Shown here piece by piece: positions 61,601 through 64,000 of a stretch of 64,000 nucleotides of DNA (positions are counted from its first letter, which is position 1; each line of letters starts with the position of its first letter). The stretch comes from Podarcis erhardii (lineage: Eukaryota). The notes below the pieces were generated by a model, which made no database searches, was not told the origin of the DNA, and was given only the letters and a program-made list of their open reading frames with translations. Made by a program: the position numbers and the translations under genes. The stretch lies in assembly GCA_964252035.1 (NCBI GenBank), contig OZ176202.1; one strand, given 5' to 3'.

Positions 61601-62451
61601 CAAATTCTTAATGTTGCAAGGTTCTTATAATGACTAGCTTGGATGGGAAGAGACTGCTTACAGTACAAAAGCAGACCTTGGTGAGCCCTGAGAAATACTC
61701 TTCCTGGAAGTGACTATAATGCTGGAAGTTGTTGACCTTATAGGGTGGGTCTTCACTTGGCCTAGCTGGAATTGCTTCTTGTAAGTCGCATCATGACAGG
61801 GAGACTCATACTGGCCCAGCTGATGCCACCATTCTCAGAGGAGATGGTCCTCTCTTTCTCCTCAGAGGACAGCTGAACCTGATAGTCTCTAGGGGAAGCA
61901 GCAGCGAATGAAGGTGGCTGTTCTTGTTTGGATACCATCTGCGTATTTTATTACCAGGAATATGGCCTCTGCTTTCCTCTGTTCTGGCGAGGCAGTCACA
62001 GTATTCAGAGCTCTAGGGAATTTTATTATGTAAGGAAAGGGAAAAGGTGGTGTTTGCACATGGTATCGCAACTATTTGGCAATTTCCACACCTGGGGTCA
62101 CAGTCTGAGCTCAAGACCATTCCTGCAGCTTGCTTATCTTTGTGGTTATTCTAGCCCTGACTGTGTCTCTGCCTCCTGGTTGTCAGGTTCACTCCAAGGG
62201 TGAGTAGCAGTCAATGTGAGCCTAGGAGAATAATCAGAAAACTCTTTCCCATCTAGCCAGAAGGCCAGCATAGGTTCTACAGGAAGAAGCAAGGGGCACA
62301 CATTTTGCCATTAACCTGTGGCATATCATTGCGCCTTAGGCCCCTAGGTTTCTTGGGCATTTGTGCAATTGGCTGTTTTGTTAAATTTTATGCAAATTGC
62401 TGCTTGTGTTCTTGAATGTTTTGTAAGTTAATACATTTTGTTGTCAAAAAG

Positions 62452-62494
62452 GCAGAGAAACATCCCAGAAAATGTGGTGTGTGAAGCTGATGAT
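62452..62494 (+). CDS. KIF25: KIF25 exon 7 (R)QRNIPENVVCEADD
   Basis: aaAG acceptor gives the required phase 2; GAT|GTGAGT donor; acceptor position uncertain (alternative gAG start 62458); rest of gene lies beyond the window. Confidence 0.65.
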
Positions 62495-62888
62495 GTGAGT
62501 ATATTTAAGTTTCTATGGCTTTTAATGCTTGTGTTTTCTGTTTTTATTGCTGTAAAATGCTTATCCCTTGTTGGATAAGAATGAGTGGACCGTGATATCT
62601 TCACTTTCCAAGAGCTTTGCATTCTCACATGCAGCATTCGCTTTATGACTGACTCCCCACCCCCCTCTGATATCCTGAAGGCTTGGACTATTGATGTTAC
62701 CCTCCCCATTTCTCCATCACACTGTACAGCCTCCTTAGTGACTGTGGCTAGGAAGTTATTTCTGGCATTGTGAAGTGAGTTCTGGCTGTCCCTTGTTAAT
62801 CATTTTCTTCTAGCATATCAATGTGCAAAAGGCTTTGTTTGCCCTCACTGTAACTCTGCGTGTGCATCTGTGTATGTGTAAGGGGTTA

Positions 62889-63129
62889 CAGTCATACCTT
62901 GGAAGTCGAAGGGAATCTGTTCTGGAAGTCTGTTCGACTTCCAAAACGTTCAGAAACCAAAGTGTGGTTTCTGATTGGCTGCAGGAAGCTCCTGCAGCCA
63001 ATCAGAAGCCCCGTCAGACATTTGGCTTCCAAAAATAGTTTGCAAACCGGAACAGTCACTTCTGGGTTTGTGGCGTTCGGGAGCCAAAACCTTTGAGAAC
63101 TAAGCTGTTCGAAAACCAAGGTACGGCTG
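62889..63129. mobile_element. Tigger/pogo-like MITE with 18-bp internal hairpin (62969-63007)
   Basis: TA|cagtcataccttgg...ccaaggtacggctg|TA; ttctgattggctgcagga-agc-tcctgcagccaatcagaa. Confidence 0.85.
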
Positions 63130-64000
63130 TATTCTTATTCCAGTTTTTCAGCTAGAGCAAGGCTGAGAGGGTTACTTGTGATGACACAGTAATATGTGAG
63201 CATTCCCAGCATTCGAATCCAGCGCTTGGCCCACCAGATCACATGCCTGAGTTCTGTCAGTGGCACTTCAGCTCCAATAATAAAAGTTATTTCCCGCCTT
63301 AAACTACTTGTAGTTGCTTCACTGATGCCTTGCCAGAGGCTAGAAATACAGTGTCTAAAGTGTTGCTGCCTACCAAGCCTTGCTTTCAAGTGCATTAAAG
63401 GGACCTGGCTTAAATCCACCAAAGCAGGGGGGCTTGAGAGCTGAGCTGCAAATCCAGATGGCATTCCAGTATTAATTAAACCCATTACCAAGAAATAACA
63501 TTGGAAAGGCATGGAGCTAAGATGGAGTTTTAAATTCAGGTTTGGCGGTAATTTTCTTGACTATTCAGCCAATTTTCCTTTTATGGTAGCATATAAAATG
63601 CAGCAAAAGAGCACATGAACATATGTAGCTGTGTTATATTTGCTCAGGCCTTCTGTCCACCTAGCCCAGTGCTGTCTGCCTGGCTTGGCAACATCTGTTA
63701 CAGGATTTCAGAATGCAATCTTTCCCATCATTTATTTTTCCTTTTGTGTAAGTGATGATGCTGGGGATTGATCTTGGGGTCATCTGCAGGCAAAGCACCT
63801 TATCCACCACTGAGTTATGGTGCTTCCATGCATTTGATTTACTCTGTCCCCTATACAATCTAGGCATGTACTTAGATCCATTCAAACACAGGCTTAATGG
63901 GCTGTTTTGGAGGAGGGTGTAAAAACAATAATACTACTCTTTTAAAAATAATAATACTTTGCATACTTCTGCAGACCTAAGGCTTTCCCAAAGCATGTTG

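Overview
Vertebrate genomic DNA from a squamate reptile, probably a lacertid lizard (inferred from the Sauria-SINE and other repeat sequences). It is not prokaryotic and has no CRISPR array, rRNA or tRNA gene. Bases 1 to ~44830 hold the 3' part of AFDN (afadin/AF-6/MLLT4) on +. I mapped 25 exons by hand (FHA end, DIL, PDZ, proline-rich, F-actin-binding C-terminus, stop at 42842-42844), with every junction phase-consistent, plus a ~2 kb 3'UTR. A CpG-rich promoter at ~47.3-47.8 kb carries CCAAT, ETS and a consensus RFX X-box. It drives a kinesin-14 gene, most likely KIF25 (neck motif LHNSLIELRGNIRVHCRIRP; AFDN-KIF25 synteny), of which 7 exons are in the window and the rest lie beyond it. Introns contain Sauria and other tRNA SINEs, L2/CR1/L1 fragments and Tc1-mariner/hAT MITEs. 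Most notable: (1) a perfect, spacer-less 200-bp palindrome 61 nt upstream of KIF25 exon 4, a Penelope-like 3' end with a minimal hammerhead ribozyme on each strand, nested in a SINE with a 13-bp TSD; (2) a ~1-kb mariner-type MITE holding six GC-rich hairpin cassettes, nested in an L1; (3) a candidate hidden 273-nt exon in the AFDN PDZ-splitting intron, whose two ends carry an inverted repeat pair; (4) several alternative AFDN C-termini, microexons, a GC-AG intron and tandem acceptors. No database searches were possible, so orthology and repeat names rest on recalled sequences and hallmark motifs.
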